Below, one piece after another: positions 10,350 through 19,341 of a stretch of DNA of 64,000 bases. The number at the start of each line of letters is the position of its first letter. Position 1 is the stretch's first letter. A program made the position numbers and the translations under genes. The notes beneath the pieces are model-generated. The model made no database searches, was not told the origin of the DNA, and worked only from the letters and a program-made list of their open reading frames with translations. The stretch comes from Magnetovibrio sp. (GTDB lineage: Bacteria > Pseudomonadota > Alphaproteobacteria > Rhodospirillales > Magnetovibrionaceae), in the NCBI GenBank assembly GCA_028281525.1, contig JANQJR010000071.1, forward strand, positions 4,692 through 68,691, written 5' to 3'.

Positions 10350-10574
10350 ATGAAAAAAGATATTCACCCTGACTATCACGAGATCACCGTCGAAATGACC
10401 GATGGGTCGACCTTCAAAACCCGCTCCACCTGGGGCAAGGAAGGCGACACCATGAAGCTCGACATCGATCCGAAGACCCATCCGGCTTGGACCGGCGTGC
10501 ACCGCTTGCTCGACAGCGGCGGCCAGCTCGCGAAGTTCAACAACCGTTTCAAAGGCTTGGGCCTCAAGGCTTAA
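10350..10574 (+). CDS. rpmE: 50S ribosomal protein L31
   Basis: [19 protein letters not shown]...[13 protein letters not shown]. Confidence 0.97.
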   Translation: MKKDIHPDYHEITVEMTDGSTFKTRSTWGKEGDTMKLDIDPKTHPAWTGVHRLLDSGGQLAKFNNRFKGLGLKA

Positions 10575-10602
10575 GTTTTTCGAAGCAGCGGAACGAAATT
10601 AT

Positions 10603-10634
10603 AGGGGCGCCCGCCTCCGCGTTGGCGCCCCTTT
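10603..10634 (+). terminator. Intrinsic terminator after rpmE
   Basis: AGGGGCGCC...GGCGCCCCT stem followed by TT. Confidence 0.6.
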
Positions 10635-10869
10635 GTCGTGCCTGGATTTTGCCACAATGCCGATGGTTGAACGGCTCTCAATTTTCTCCAAGCCCCTTGA
10701 GAAAGGCAGACATTCCCCGGAGCGCCATTTTTGTTTAGAATCCCCCGCTTAGTATTGTGTGCGATTGTGTCATACTGACTTGAAAATGACTGGCTAAATT
10801 AGGCATACACACACCTGCGCCACGTAGAACCGTGAGTATGTCCATGCAGCGTTTGGATATGGGGCAATT

Positions 10870-13011
10870 GTGAATTCGACGAGCTATGAAGTCCAAGTGA
10901 TGCAAGGCGGCAAGTGGCGTATCCACGCCCAGTTTCCGCCCTCTGGTCGCGAGGACGCCATCGAAGAAGCCAAAACGCTGGAATCCATGCCTGGCCTGTC
11001 CGGCATTAAAGTTGTGCGCGACAACTACGATGACCGTACGGGTCTGCATAGAGAGCATGTCATTTACAAATATATGCCGAAAAAGACCGCCCAGACCGAA
11101 GCGGAGATAGGCTCGCCTTCTTTCGACGGCGGCAAGTACGCCCATTACATGGCCCGCGCCCAGGCCAACCGTATGAGCGATATCGACTTTGGCGACAGCC
11201 CCCTCATGCCAAAGCCCAAATCATCCGGCTTGAATGTCTTCATCAAACTGCTTTTGGTTTTGTTGTTCTCCATCGCCTTCGCGGCGCTGGTGGTGTTCTT
11301 GGTCAACGGCGTTCTGCCGTATAAGAAGATCGGTGACATCCGGCTTTACGGTGAGATGCGCTCCAGCATCATGATGGGCCTGGGCATCAGCACGTTCTTG
11401 TTGAGCGTGCTGATCGCTTACTTCGCCTTCATGCGCGGCGAAGAGTTGGACGCCCCCGATCTCGCACTTCAGGAAAAACTGAAAAGAGCCGAGACCGCCA
11501 AACGCGCCAAGCAGAAAGCCCAGGAAGAAGCGCAACGCAAGGCCAAAGAGGACGCGCTGGAACATGCCCGCGAAGAGCTGGAACGCAAGAAGGAGGAAGA
11601 GGAAGAGCTCAAGCGTGAGGCCGAAGAGGAATTGAAAGAAAAAACCGAACAGGAAGAAACAGTTCAAGAAGACGAAAAGCCCGAAGAGCAGCCGGCCGAA
11701 GAAGAAGAAAAGGAAGAAGAGGAATCGTCCAATCTCTCCCCCGTGGCCGAAGCACAAAAGGCCGTGCTTATGGGCTTTTTCGGCGCAGCCATCCGTGCCC
11801 TTCCAGCCGAGCGCAAGAAGATGGATAACTACAATCGCTTCGGTGTGAACCTGTTCTTGGCCGGTGCGACGGAAAGCCTGGGCAGTACGCGCAACCTGGA
11901 TTCGGACAGCATGTCGCAGATTCTGACCTATGCCTTGGGCATCATGGGCCTCAAACCTGAACATGCGGCTGCCTTCGCCAACCGCTACGAAGATTATTTG
12001 CTGCAAGACGCCCGTTACATGGAGATGTTTCAAGCCGGCCGCCAGACCATGAACGCGTATACCGACGGCGACGAAGAAGCGCCGCAAAAACTCGATGAAT
12101 TCCTGCACGAATGGAACAAGCCCAAAGCACCCGAAGATCCGGAAAAGGAAGTGGTGGTGATGTTCACCGACATTGCCGGCTCCACCGCCATGACCCACGA
12201 AAAAGGCAACTTGGCCGCCCAGGAAGTGGTGCGCGCCCACAACCGCGTGGTCCGCGACGTGCTGGCGAAAACCGGTGGTCAGGAAATCAAACACACCGGC
12301 GACGGCATCATGGCGTCTTTCCAAAAGGTCACGGAATCTTTGATGGCCACGCAACAAATGCAAATGATGATCGCCATGCACAACCAGCAGAACCCGGACA
12401 TTCCGCTGAAAGTCAAGGTCGGCATCAATGCCGGACGCGTGTTGATGGAAGAAAAGGACCTTTACGGCGTCACCGTGCAGATGGCCGCGCGCATCGTGGA
12501 CAAAGCCAAGGCCAGCCAGATACTGGTGTCCGACACCGTCCACGGCATGGCCAAAGGCGGCAATTGGCGCTTCGTCAAACGCGGGCCGTATTATCTGAAA
12601 GGAATCGACGGCCCGGCCTATCTGCAGGAATTGGTGTGGAACGACAAACTCGACATTGAATCCGTTAAGACCGCCGCCGAAGCTGAACGCCCACAGTTGG
12701 AACAGATGTACGCCGCCGCCATCGGCACGCCCCCACCACCCGGCGCCAAGACCGACCAAGACGCTGCCGTCCAACACCCCGCGGGCGAACCGGCGCAATC
12801 CGCCGCGTCCGGCGCAGCCACGCAACCACAACAGCCGCAAGCGCCAAAAGAGCAAGCGTCACAAAAACCCCAAGACCAGCCCTTGCCCCAGGCTCAACGC
12901 GCAGCGCAAAACCAACCTCGGACCAAGCCCCAGATTCAAGTGCCCCGGCGTGAACCGCGTCGCGAACCTCGGCGCGACCCCAAACCGCCCCAGCAACCGC
13001 AACGCCGCTAA
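10870..13011 (+). CDS. Membrane-anchored class III adenylate/guanylate cyclase domain protein
   Basis: Two TM helices; Glu/Lys-rich linker; VMFTDIAGST, IKHTGDGIM and GVTVQMAARI motifs; Pro/Gln-rich tail. Confidence 0.85.
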   Translation: MNSTSYEVQVMQGGKWRIHAQFPPSGREDAIEEAKTLESMPGLSGIKVVRDNYDDRTGLHREHVIYKYMPKKTAQTEAEIGSPSFDGGKYAHYMARAQANRMSDIDFGDSPLMPKPKSSGLNVFIKLLLVLLFSIAFAALVVFLVNGVLPYKKIGDIRLYGEMRSSIMMGLGISTFLLSVLIAYFAFMRGEELDAPDLALQEKLKRAETAKRAKQKAQEEAQRKAKEDALEHAREELERKKEEEEELKREAEEELKEKTEQEETVQEDEKPEEQPAEEEEKEEEESSNLSPVAEAQKAVLMGFFGAAIRALPAERKKMDNYNRFGVNLFLAGATESLGSTRNLDSDSMSQILTYALGIMGLKPEHAAAFANRYEDYLLQDARYMEMFQAGRQTMNAYTDGDEEAPQKLDEFLHEWNKPKAPEDPEKEVVVMFTDIAGSTAMTHEKGNLAAQEVVRAHNRVVRDVLAKTGGQEIKHTGDGIMASFQKVTESLMATQQMQMMIAMHNQQNPDIPLKVKVGINAGRVLMEEKDLYGVTVQMAARIVDKAKASQILVSDTVHGMAKGGNWRFVKRGPYYLKGIDGPAYLQELVWNDKLDIESVKTAAEAERPQLEQMYAAAIGTPPPPGAKTDQDAAVQHPAGEPAQSAASGAATQPQQPQAPKEQASQKPQDQPLPQAQRAAQNQPRTKPQIQVPRREPRREPRRDPKPPQQPQRR

Positions 13012-13049
13012 CCATCTGAATTCTCACTTAACTTTTTTAAGCCTCGCCC

Positions 13050-13078
13050 CTTGCAGGGGCGAAAACACATGCATAGAT
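13050..13078 (+). promoter_or_regulatory. Putative RpoH (sigma32) promoter
   Basis: CTTG-N17-GCATAGAT upstream of a small heat-shock gene; the -10 is an imperfect match. Confidence 0.5.
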
Positions 13079-13084
13079 CAACTC

Positions 13085-13199
13085 TGCACCCGGGGATGCC
13101 ACGAAGTGGGTCCCACAGCGCGTGCAGCATGAACCGGAGTTTCGCCGATTGCCGGGAAACTCCATATCCATAGTTGCTCTGAAAAGGAGAACCGTTATG
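13085..13199 (+). promoter_or_regulatory. ROSE-type RNA thermometer in the hsp20 5' UTR
   Basis: 3' hairpin GUU(G)CUCU-GAAAA-GGAGAAC (13173-13192) with the conserved UUGCU bulged-G motif paired to the SD; upstream hairpin GGAGTTTC/GAAACTCC (13136-13163). Confidence 0.8.
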
Positions 13200-13658
13200 C
13201 GTACCATCGATTTGACTCCCCTCAACCGTTTTGCCGTCGGCTTTGACCGCATGCAGCGCCAGCTCGAAAGCCTGGCCCATCTCGACGAAGCCGCAGGCGC
13301 ATACCCGCCCTACAATATCGAAGTTCTGGGTGAAGACGCCTATCGCATCACCATGGCCGTTGCCGGTTTCGGCATCGACGACCTGGAAATCACCGCGCAA
13401 GACAGCCGCCTGAGCATTGCCGGCCGTGTGGAGCGCGACGACAGCGGCGTGGAATACCTGCACCGCGGCATCGCGACGCGCGCGTTCGAACGCCGTTTCG
13501 AACTGGCCGACCACATCAAGGTCGCCGGCGCGGACATGGACAACGGCCTGTTGCACATCGAACTGGTCCGTGAAGTTCCGGAAGCGTTGAAACCACGCAC
13601 CATCGCCATCAAAGGCGGTGCGAAAGCGACCAAAACCATCGAACAGCAGGCCGCTTAA
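13197..13658 (+). CDS. ibpA: Small heat shock protein (Hsp20/IbpA family)
   Basis: YPPYNIE, AVAGF, YLHRGIATRAFERRF and NGLLHIEL motifs; AGGAGA SD. Confidence 0.93.
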   Translation: MRTIDLTPLNRFAVGFDRMQRQLESLAHLDEAAGAYPPYNIEVLGEDAYRITMAVAGFGIDDLEITAQDSRLSIAGRVERDDSGVEYLHRGIATRAFERRFELADHIKVAGADMDNGLLHIELVREVPEALKPRTIAIKGGAKATKTIEQQAA

Positions 13659-13747
13659 GCCCTGTTCGAGCCAGGCCGCTTGTTCTCCCCCGACAGACCC
13701 CAAAGCGGCCTGCCCCCCTCTCTATTCGCCATATGAATGACTCCCTT

Positions 13748-13778
13748 CGGCGCGTTCGTTTGAGCGCGCCGCTTTTTT
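13748..13778 (+). terminator. Intrinsic terminator after hsp20
   Basis: CGGCGCG...CGCGCCG stem followed by CTTTTTT. Confidence 0.65.
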
Positions 13779-13810
13779 CGGGGATGGGAGGAAATAGGAA
13801 AGGCGGTTGC

Positions 13811-13886
13811 AAAAGGAAAAGGGCTGCCGTGGAGCAGCCCTTATACCGGTTTCGAGCCCTGTTAAACTCGCCGTCTCAATTTTTGT
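13811..13886 (-). ncRNA. Putative ~75-nt small RNA (B) with its own sigma70-like promoter and terminator
   Basis: Minus strand: TTGACC (13920-13915)-N16-TAAAGT (13898-13893); terminator GGGCTGC/GCAGCCC (13821-13840) plus U-tract. Contains the 17-nt complement of putative sRNA A. Confidence 0.45.
13857..13873. repeat. 17-bp inverted repeat, left copy (CCCTGTTAAACTCGCCG)
   Basis: Exact reverse complement of 14553-14569. Confidence 0.9.
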
Positions 13887-13987
13887 GGCGAGACTTTACC
13901 ATTTCAATGAACGAGGTCAAGCAGGCAAATATACCTGCATTGCAAAAAGCGCATGCCTGTTTTCCAGCCCCCCAGGGGCAAGTCCGC

Positions 13988-14395
13988 CTAATACACGGTG
14001 CTCATGCCATCGCCGCTGCCTGGTTCGTTACGGAGCTTTGCCTTTTCATAACGCTTGGCCACGTCTTTAATTTGCTCACCTGACAAAGTGCTCACATCCT
14101 GGTCACCGATAAAATAAAACCGGCAGTCCTTGCGGATATTATATTCTTTTCTAATCTTCTGGCAGTGTTGCATCGCCCGGTCCATGGCCTGTTTCGCTGT
14201 AGGTCTGTTATATGACCAAGCATAGGAATAACCTCGTCCCATCCCCGCATAGGCTCCGGCCATGGCCTTCATGTGGTTATGCTGAGAGTATTCGTTGAGG
14301 TTATAGTGCATTCTTGCGGGCACATGAGTGGTGGTTTGGCATGCCGTTAATGTGAATGCCGACAAAACAGCAAACGATAAGATGAAAACTTTCAT
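13988..14395 (-). CDS. Hypothetical lipoprotein (AT-richer orphan)
   Basis: Signal peptide with lipobox LTAC; conserved-looking AMDRAMQHC..KDCRFY segment; A/T-rich codons. Confidence 0.75.
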   Translation of the reverse strand: MKVFILSFAVLSAFTLTACQTTTHVPARMHYNLNEYSQHNHMKAMAGAYAGMGRGYSYAWSYNRPTAKQAMDRAMQHCQKIRKEYNIRKDCRFYFIGDQDVSTLSGEQIKDVAKRYEKAKLRNEPGSGDGMSTVY

Positions 14396-14526
14396 GGTCA
14401 CGCCCCCATACCGATAACGTCAACACATGCGTGCCAACACGATCATGGGACAATCGTACACAGTTCAAGCTAACTAAGGCAAACCTGTCTCGGGTTGCTT
14501 TAGGGAAGCTAAGCGATGAGGGGGCG

Positions 14527-14605
14527 AAAAATACCGCCCCAGATCTGCGGGGCGGCGAGTTTAACAGGGAGGCGCCGGAGGTCTTGTGCGAAAACCTTCC
14601 GGCAC
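14527..14605 (-). ncRNA. Putative ~80-nt small RNA (A) with CCUCCC anti-SD motif (suhB/MmgR-like architecture)
   Basis: 5' hairpin GCCGGAAGG/CCTCCGGC; single-stranded GCCTCCCTGTTAAACTC; terminator CCGCCCC/GGGGCGG (14534-14555) plus UAUUUUU; -10 TATGGT at 14615-14610. Confidence 0.55.
14553..14569. repeat. 17-bp inverted repeat, right copy (CGGCGAGTTTAACAGGG)
   Basis: Exact reverse complement of 13857-13873. Confidence 0.9.
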
Positions 14606-14627
14606 ATGCACCATAGCCAGCCTAGCG

Positions 14628-14643
14628 TTAAAATAGTGTTAAC
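14628..14643. promoter_or_regulatory. CtrA binding site (TTAA-N7-TTAAC)
   Basis: TTAA-AATAGTG-TTAAC, a perfect consensus, overlapping the -35 position of putative sRNA A. Confidence 0.7.
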
Positions 14644-14692
14644 CTAAAACGGGTTTCCCATAGGTGGCGCCCCGGTCAAGCACCCTGCCACC

Positions 14693-14875
14693 TCAACTCT
14701 TGAAAAACGCATCCGCCCCGGCGCGCGCGGCTTTCTTGGCTTCGATGGCGGCTTCGGCACGGGCAATTTCCGCCTTCAGGCCGCCGATGTATTCACCGAT
14801 AGCCTCGATGGACATTTCATCCAAGTCCTTCTGACCGGCCTTGGGTCGGGTCGGCTCCAAATCGTCGCTATCCAT
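14693..14875 (-). CDS. DUF1192 family protein
   Basis: MDSDDLEP...DLDEMSIEAIGEYIGGLKAEIARAEAAI..KKAARAGADAFFKS. Confidence 0.88.
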   Translation of the reverse strand: MDSDDLEPTRPKAGQKDLDEMSIEAIGEYIGGLKAEIARAEAAIEAKKAARAGADAFFKS

Positions 14876-14959
14876 GCGTCCCTCCTCTTGTCTTCGTGCG
14901 CAGCTTGAGCATACTGACTCCCTTACTCCCCGGGAAGTGTCGAAAGGTGACCAGCGAGA

Positions 14960-15964
14960 ATGTCTCAAACCATGAAATGCATCGAACTCAGCGGTGAAAC
15001 GGGCGCGGACGCGCTGGTTCTGGGGGAACGTCCAGTGCCCGAACCCGGCCCCGGCGAAGTGCTGCTTAAAATCAAAGCCGCCGGAGTCAACAGGCCGGAT
15101 ATCCTGCAACGCGATGGCCTCTACCCCGCACCGCCGGGTCACAGCGATATCCTCGGCCTCGAAGCCGCAGGCGACGTGGTGGCGTTGGGCGATGGTGTGC
15201 AAGACCTCAAGGTCGGCGACCAAGTGACGGCGTTGCTGAATGGCAGCGGCTACAGCGAATACGCGGCGGTGGATGCGGGCGCGTGCCTTTCTATTCCCGG
15301 CGGCCTGAGTATGGCCGAGGCCGCGTCGTTGCCGGAAACCTTCTTCACGGTTTGGAGCAACCTGTTCGACCGCGCGCACCTGACCGAAGGCGAAAGTCTT
15401 CTGGTGCATGGCGGCACATCCGGCATCGGCGTCGCCGCGATCCAGATTGCGTCGCGTCTCGGCGTGCGGGTGATCGCCACGGCGGGCAACCCTGAAAAGC
15501 GCCAGGCATGCATGGACCTGGGCGCGGAGCGTGCGGTGAACTACAAGGAAGAAGACTTCGTCGAAGCCGCGCGCGAATTTGGGTCCAAAAATGAAAGCGC
15601 CAAAGGCGTGGACGTCATCCTCGACATGGTTGGCGGCGATTATATTGCACGCAACATCAAATCCCTGGCGCCGGACGGGCGGCTGGTGAACATCGCCTAC
15701 CTGCAAGGCTCCAAGGCCGAAGTGAACTTCATGGCGGTGATGTTGAAGCGCTTGACGCTCACCGGCTCGACGCTGCGCGCGCGCGACGCCGCGTTCAAAG
15801 CCGAAATCGCCCGCAACCTGAAAGAAACCGTGTGGCCGCTTCTCGAAGATGGCTCCATCAAACCCGTGGTGCACGCGACGTTTCCCCTGGCCGAGGCTGC
15901 TAGAGCCCATAAGTTGATGGAAAGCAGTCAGCACATCGGGAAAATTGTCCTGGACGTCGGCTGA
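14960..15964 (+). CDS. NAD(P)H-quinone oxidoreductase (PIG3/zeta-crystallin family)
   Basis: AAGVNRPD, ILGLEAAG, VHGGTSGIG, TGSTLRAR and HIGKIVL motifs. Confidence 0.93.
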   Translation: MSQTMKCIELSGETGADALVLGERPVPEPGPGEVLLKIKAAGVNRPDILQRDGLYPAPPGHSDILGLEAAGDVVALGDGVQDLKVGDQVTALLNGSGYSEYAAVDAGACLSIPGGLSMAEAASLPETFFTVWSNLFDRAHLTEGESLLVHGGTSGIGVAAIQIASRLGVRVIATAGNPEKRQACMDLGAERAVNYKEEDFVEAAREFGSKNESAKGVDVILDMVGGDYIARNIKSLAPDGRLVNIAYLQGSKAEVNFMAVMLKRLTLTGSTLRARDAAFKAEIARNLKETVWPLLEDGSIKPVVHATFPLAEAARAHKLMESSQHIGKIVLDVG

Positions 15965-16092
15965 GGCGGTCCCGCCCGGAAGCCGGAAAAGTACGCACAA
16001 ACGGTTTACCTGACCTGCAATTTGCGATACATAAAGGCCCACTCAACCCCCGCAAAGGGGGTTGAACCGTTTTTAGAATAAGGAACCCCAAG

Positions 16093-16803
16093 ATGGCGCA
16101 GCCTTTGATGCCCAAGGCGACGGCCGTGTGGCTCGTCGAAAACACCGCCCTTTCGTTCGACCAGATCGCCGAATTTACCGGCCTGCACGAACTGGAAGTC
16201 CAGGCCATCGCCGACGGCGAGGTCGCGGTGGGTATGCAGGGCGCGGACCCGATCGTCTCCGGCGAGTTGACCCAAGAAGAGATCGACCGCTGCCAGTCTG
16301 ACCCCATGGCGTCCTTGAAAATGGCCAAGGCCACCTTGCCCCAGCCCAAGGTCCGCGGCAAGGGTGCGCGCTACACCCCAGTGTCCAAGCGCCAGGATCG
16401 CCCGGACGCCATCGCATGGCTGTTGAAGCACCACCCTGAACTGACCGACGCGCAAATTTCGCGCATCATCGGCACCACCAAGCCGACCATCAAGGCGGTG
16501 CGCGAACGCACCCACTGGAACATTTCCAACATCAAACCGCAAAGTCCGGTGGGCCTGGGGCTGTGCAGCGAAGCGGATCTGGAAAAAGTCGTCGCCATCG
16601 CGCGCGCCAAGGCCGGCACCCAGCATGCGCCGAACCAAGTGCCCGCCGCGCCCGCGCCGACGGCGGTGACCGAAGCGCCGGAACCGCAACTGCCGGCAAT
16701 GACGCCACCCGCCCCCGAACCGGAAGCGGAAGACGAGCCGACGGTGGAAAGCGTGTTCGGTCCCGCACCGACGGAAGACGAAGGCGAGAGCGAAGAGCGT
16801 TAA
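16093..16803 (+). CDS. trcR: DUF1013 protein (TrcR-like RNA-polymerase-associated cell-cycle regulator)
   Basis: PLMPKATAVWLVENTALSFDQIAEF...RYTPVSKRQDRPDAIAWL...SPVGLGLCS. Confidence 0.85.
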   Translation: MAQPLMPKATAVWLVENTALSFDQIAEFTGLHELEVQAIADGEVAVGMQGADPIVSGELTQEEIDRCQSDPMASLKMAKATLPQPKVRGKGARYTPVSKRQDRPDAIAWLLKHHPELTDAQISRIIGTTKPTIKAVRERTHWNISNIKPQSPVGLGLCSEADLEKVVAIARAKAGTQHAPNQVPAAPAPTAVTEAPEPQLPAMTPPAPEPEAEDEPTVESVFGPAPTEDEGESEER

Positions 16804-16825
16804 AAGCCGATCTCTTTAGACGAAC

Positions 16826-16852
16826 AAAGGGCCGCGAACGCGGCCCTTTTTT
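16826..16852. terminator. Bidirectional intrinsic terminator
   Basis: AAAGGGCCGCG-AA-CGCGGCCCTTTTTT between convergent genes. Confidence 0.85.
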
Positions 16853-16872
16853 GTTTGGATCGAAGGCGCTGC

Positions 16873-17262
16873 TCAATCGCCGCCGCAAGACAAGCCGAAT
16901 TGGTTGAGCGCGTCGGCCAAGTGATCACTGATCAGGGGATTCTGCAAAAGTAGGTGCGGCGTGTTTTCATCCAGATCGTCGCGCGCGTTTTGCATGGCGT
17001 CTTCCCAGTTGTCCATGTCCACGTCGCCACGCCCCAGCATCACCATGGCATGCATTTCGCAAATCTCTTCCTGGCTCATCGATTCGAAGAACGACAACAG
17101 CTCTTCATAGACGGAATCGTCGGGTTGTTCGGAAAGGATTTGGTGATCGCCGTCGTCCGTCGCATTGCCGCCCGGATTTTCATACGGCGCGCCTTCCTTG
17201 GCGTCGAATTCGCGGGCTTTGACGATCACGTAGCAGATTTTTTCGGAAGAGATGGCTTGCAT
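16873..17262 (-). CDS. DUF3775 domain protein
   Basis: ISSEKICYVIVKAREFDAK...MVMLGRGD...LLQNPLISDHLADAL. Confidence 0.8.
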   Translation of the reverse strand: MQAISSEKICYVIVKAREFDAKEGAPYENPGGNATDDGDHQILSEQPDDSVYEELLSFFESMSQEEICEMHAMVMLGRGDVDMDNWEDAMQNARDDLDENTPHLLLQNPLISDHLADALNQFGLSCGGD

Positions 17263-17571
17263 GACGAAGCTCCTGTCCCCAACACATTCTGTGCCCCTAT
17301 TATAGCACCGAACCCTTTGAAAAAACAAAGCATTCCGCTTTCCCCGTGAAAAAATAAAACGCTTGAGCTTTATGCCTTGCAGGGGCTACGCGGGACTGTT
17401 TTCGATTCTGGAGTTCCTAACGCCGGCGCGTAACCTATGCAAATAATTTGACCGATTACAGCTACCTAAAAGTGTGCTACCATTGATAGCAAATCAGAAT
17501 TATTAAACTATTTTTATGGTGGCGCTTGCCGCCATGGCGACGTATCGGGACAAGCTCTGGGGAGGGTCGAT

Positions 17572-19284
17572 ATGCCAAAAACACGCCTGCCAAAACCATT
17601 CCTATACACTGCGTTATGTTGCGCCAGCCTGACACTCACGGCATGCCCGGGAGGAACGATCCTGGAGCGCGACATCTATCTCGATGCAGACAAGAAAGCG
17701 GGACCCTCGATCACCACAGGGGCGCGTCAACGCCTGATCACCAATACGACGATGGGCGTCGCCTCCGTACCCGGGCGTGTCCACGCCAAGCGAATCATCT
17801 GTGTGGAACCCAGTCCCGACGTGGCAGTCGCCATGGCGAATTCCTTTGGCCTCGGGCTCAGCGTTTTCGCCAAGGGCAGCGGCTCCCTGACCGGCGCGCA
17901 GGTCGAAGGCGTAGCCCAAATCGCGGAACGCACGGTCGCCATCCAGGCGATCCTGAAACAAGGTCATCAAGCCTGTCTGGATTACGCCAACGGCGCCATC
18001 ACCGGCACCACCTACAGCCTACGCACCAGCCGACTGGACGATTTGTTGGTGACGCTGGTTCTGAGCGAAAATGCCAGCGGAGCGTTCGGCCGAAGCGGCG
18101 CGGCATTGGGCACGCAAGCCAGCGCAGACGCCAAAGCGACTCTGACGGACCTCACCAACGCCGAGGACGAAGTAGACAAGCTGCAAACCGAACTGAGCGC
18201 TGCAGAAGAAACGGTCCAAACCCAGCAAGCCGCCGTGGATGAGGCGCAGGCCGCGTTCGACAACGCCCCCGCCGACAACAACCAGACGGAACAACAAACT
18301 TTGGAGACGGAACAGACCAAGCTCAACGCCGATAAAGCCACGCGCAACTCTATCCTCCTGCGACTCAAGGCCAGCACCGACACGTTGAGCAAGGTATCCA
18401 ACAAAGTTTCCAACGCAACGGGCATCGGCGGCATCGCGGCATCGCCCAGCGCGGAAGTCGCGGCGGTGATCGGGGATATGCAGGCCCGGTTCCTGGAAAA
18501 AGACATCGACCAATCCGTGATTTCGGCGTGCCTGACGGAACTTGGCCATAGAAAAGTGGAAACCCAAGAATACAAAGACTTCCTCGCCATGGTGATTCAG
18601 CGCATGGAAAAAGCAACCCAAAAGAACACTGCGTTTAGCGAGGTAACGCTCGAGGACTATTACCTGGGCAGCCAGTTGCTCGAAATGAATTTGCTGACGG
18701 AGTATTGCCGGGATAATCTGCCCACCTTCGTCGCAACGTCCATCGAAAACCGCCACGAGTTGAAACTGGTCAAACTCGAACTTGAGCGGGCAAAGGTCGC
18801 GTTGCTGACCAAGCAGGCCGAAACGGCCACCGCGACCCTCAAGGCCATCCATCCCAGTGCCACCTTAAACACCCTGAAAAAAGACCTGGAAGTTCTCGTC
18901 AAAACACAAGACCAGTTAAAGGGACAGGCCATCCCGGCCGCCAAGGCCCCGCTGTTCCCTGCGGACGCCCGTAAGAGGTACACCGACGCCAAGAATAAGA
19001 AACTAGCGGAACTGGTGGAGGTGAAGGCTGAAGCTGAACGCGTGGCAAAAGATAGTGCCAACGACGTGAATGATCTTGAGGCCCGCTATTTGGCTCTGGT
19101 GGCCCACATCGACAAAGGCGGCGCGGCCCTTGAGCGCAAAGCGTGGCAAGCCGATTTCGACAAACAGCAAGCCGAAGCGGAACAGAAGCATGTCGAGCTC
19201 AGCAAGCTTGCGCGGAAAGTTAGAAGCGCCACGGAAAGCGCCCAATCTCTGATCAAATCCATCAAGGCCATTAAAACCGAATGA
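17572..19284 (+). CDS. Hypothetical lipoprotein with long coiled-coil C-terminal half
   Basis: Lipobox LTAC; CVEPSPDV...QACLDYANGAI globular region; heptad-rich segments; GGGAGGG SD. Confidence 0.85.
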   Translation: MPKTRLPKPFLYTALCCASLTLTACPGGTILERDIYLDADKKAGPSITTGARQRLITNTTMGVASVPGRVHAKRIICVEPSPDVAVAMANSFGLGLSVFAKGSGSLTGAQVEGVAQIAERTVAIQAILKQGHQACLDYANGAITGTTYSLRTSRLDDLLVTLVLSENASGAFGRSGAALGTQASADAKATLTDLTNAEDEVDKLQTELSAAEETVQTQQAAVDEAQAAFDNAPADNNQTEQQTLETEQTKLNADKATRNSILLRLKASTDTLSKVSNKVSNATGIGGIAASPSAEVAAVIGDMQARFLEKDIDQSVISACLTELGHRKVETQEYKDFLAMVIQRMEKATQKNTAFSEVTLEDYYLGSQLLEMNLLTEYCRDNLPTFVATSIENRHELKLVKLELERAKVALLTKQAETATATLKAIHPSATLNTLKKDLEVLVKTQDQLKGQAIPAAKAPLFPADARKRYTDAKNKKLAELVEVKAEAERVAKDSANDVNDLEARYLALVAHIDKGGAALERKAWQADFDKQQAEAEQKHVELSKLARKVRSATESAQSLIKSIKAIKTE

Positions 19285-19341
19285 TAGGTAGGCGCTCGGC
19301 CCTGCCTAAAGCGAGCGCCAATGTGAACAAGGTGAGCGATC

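Noticed and set aside
14693-16042. 449-aa minus-strand ORF in the track
   Set aside because: Only the last 60 codons (DUF1192) are real; the rest is antisense to the quinone oxidoreductase.
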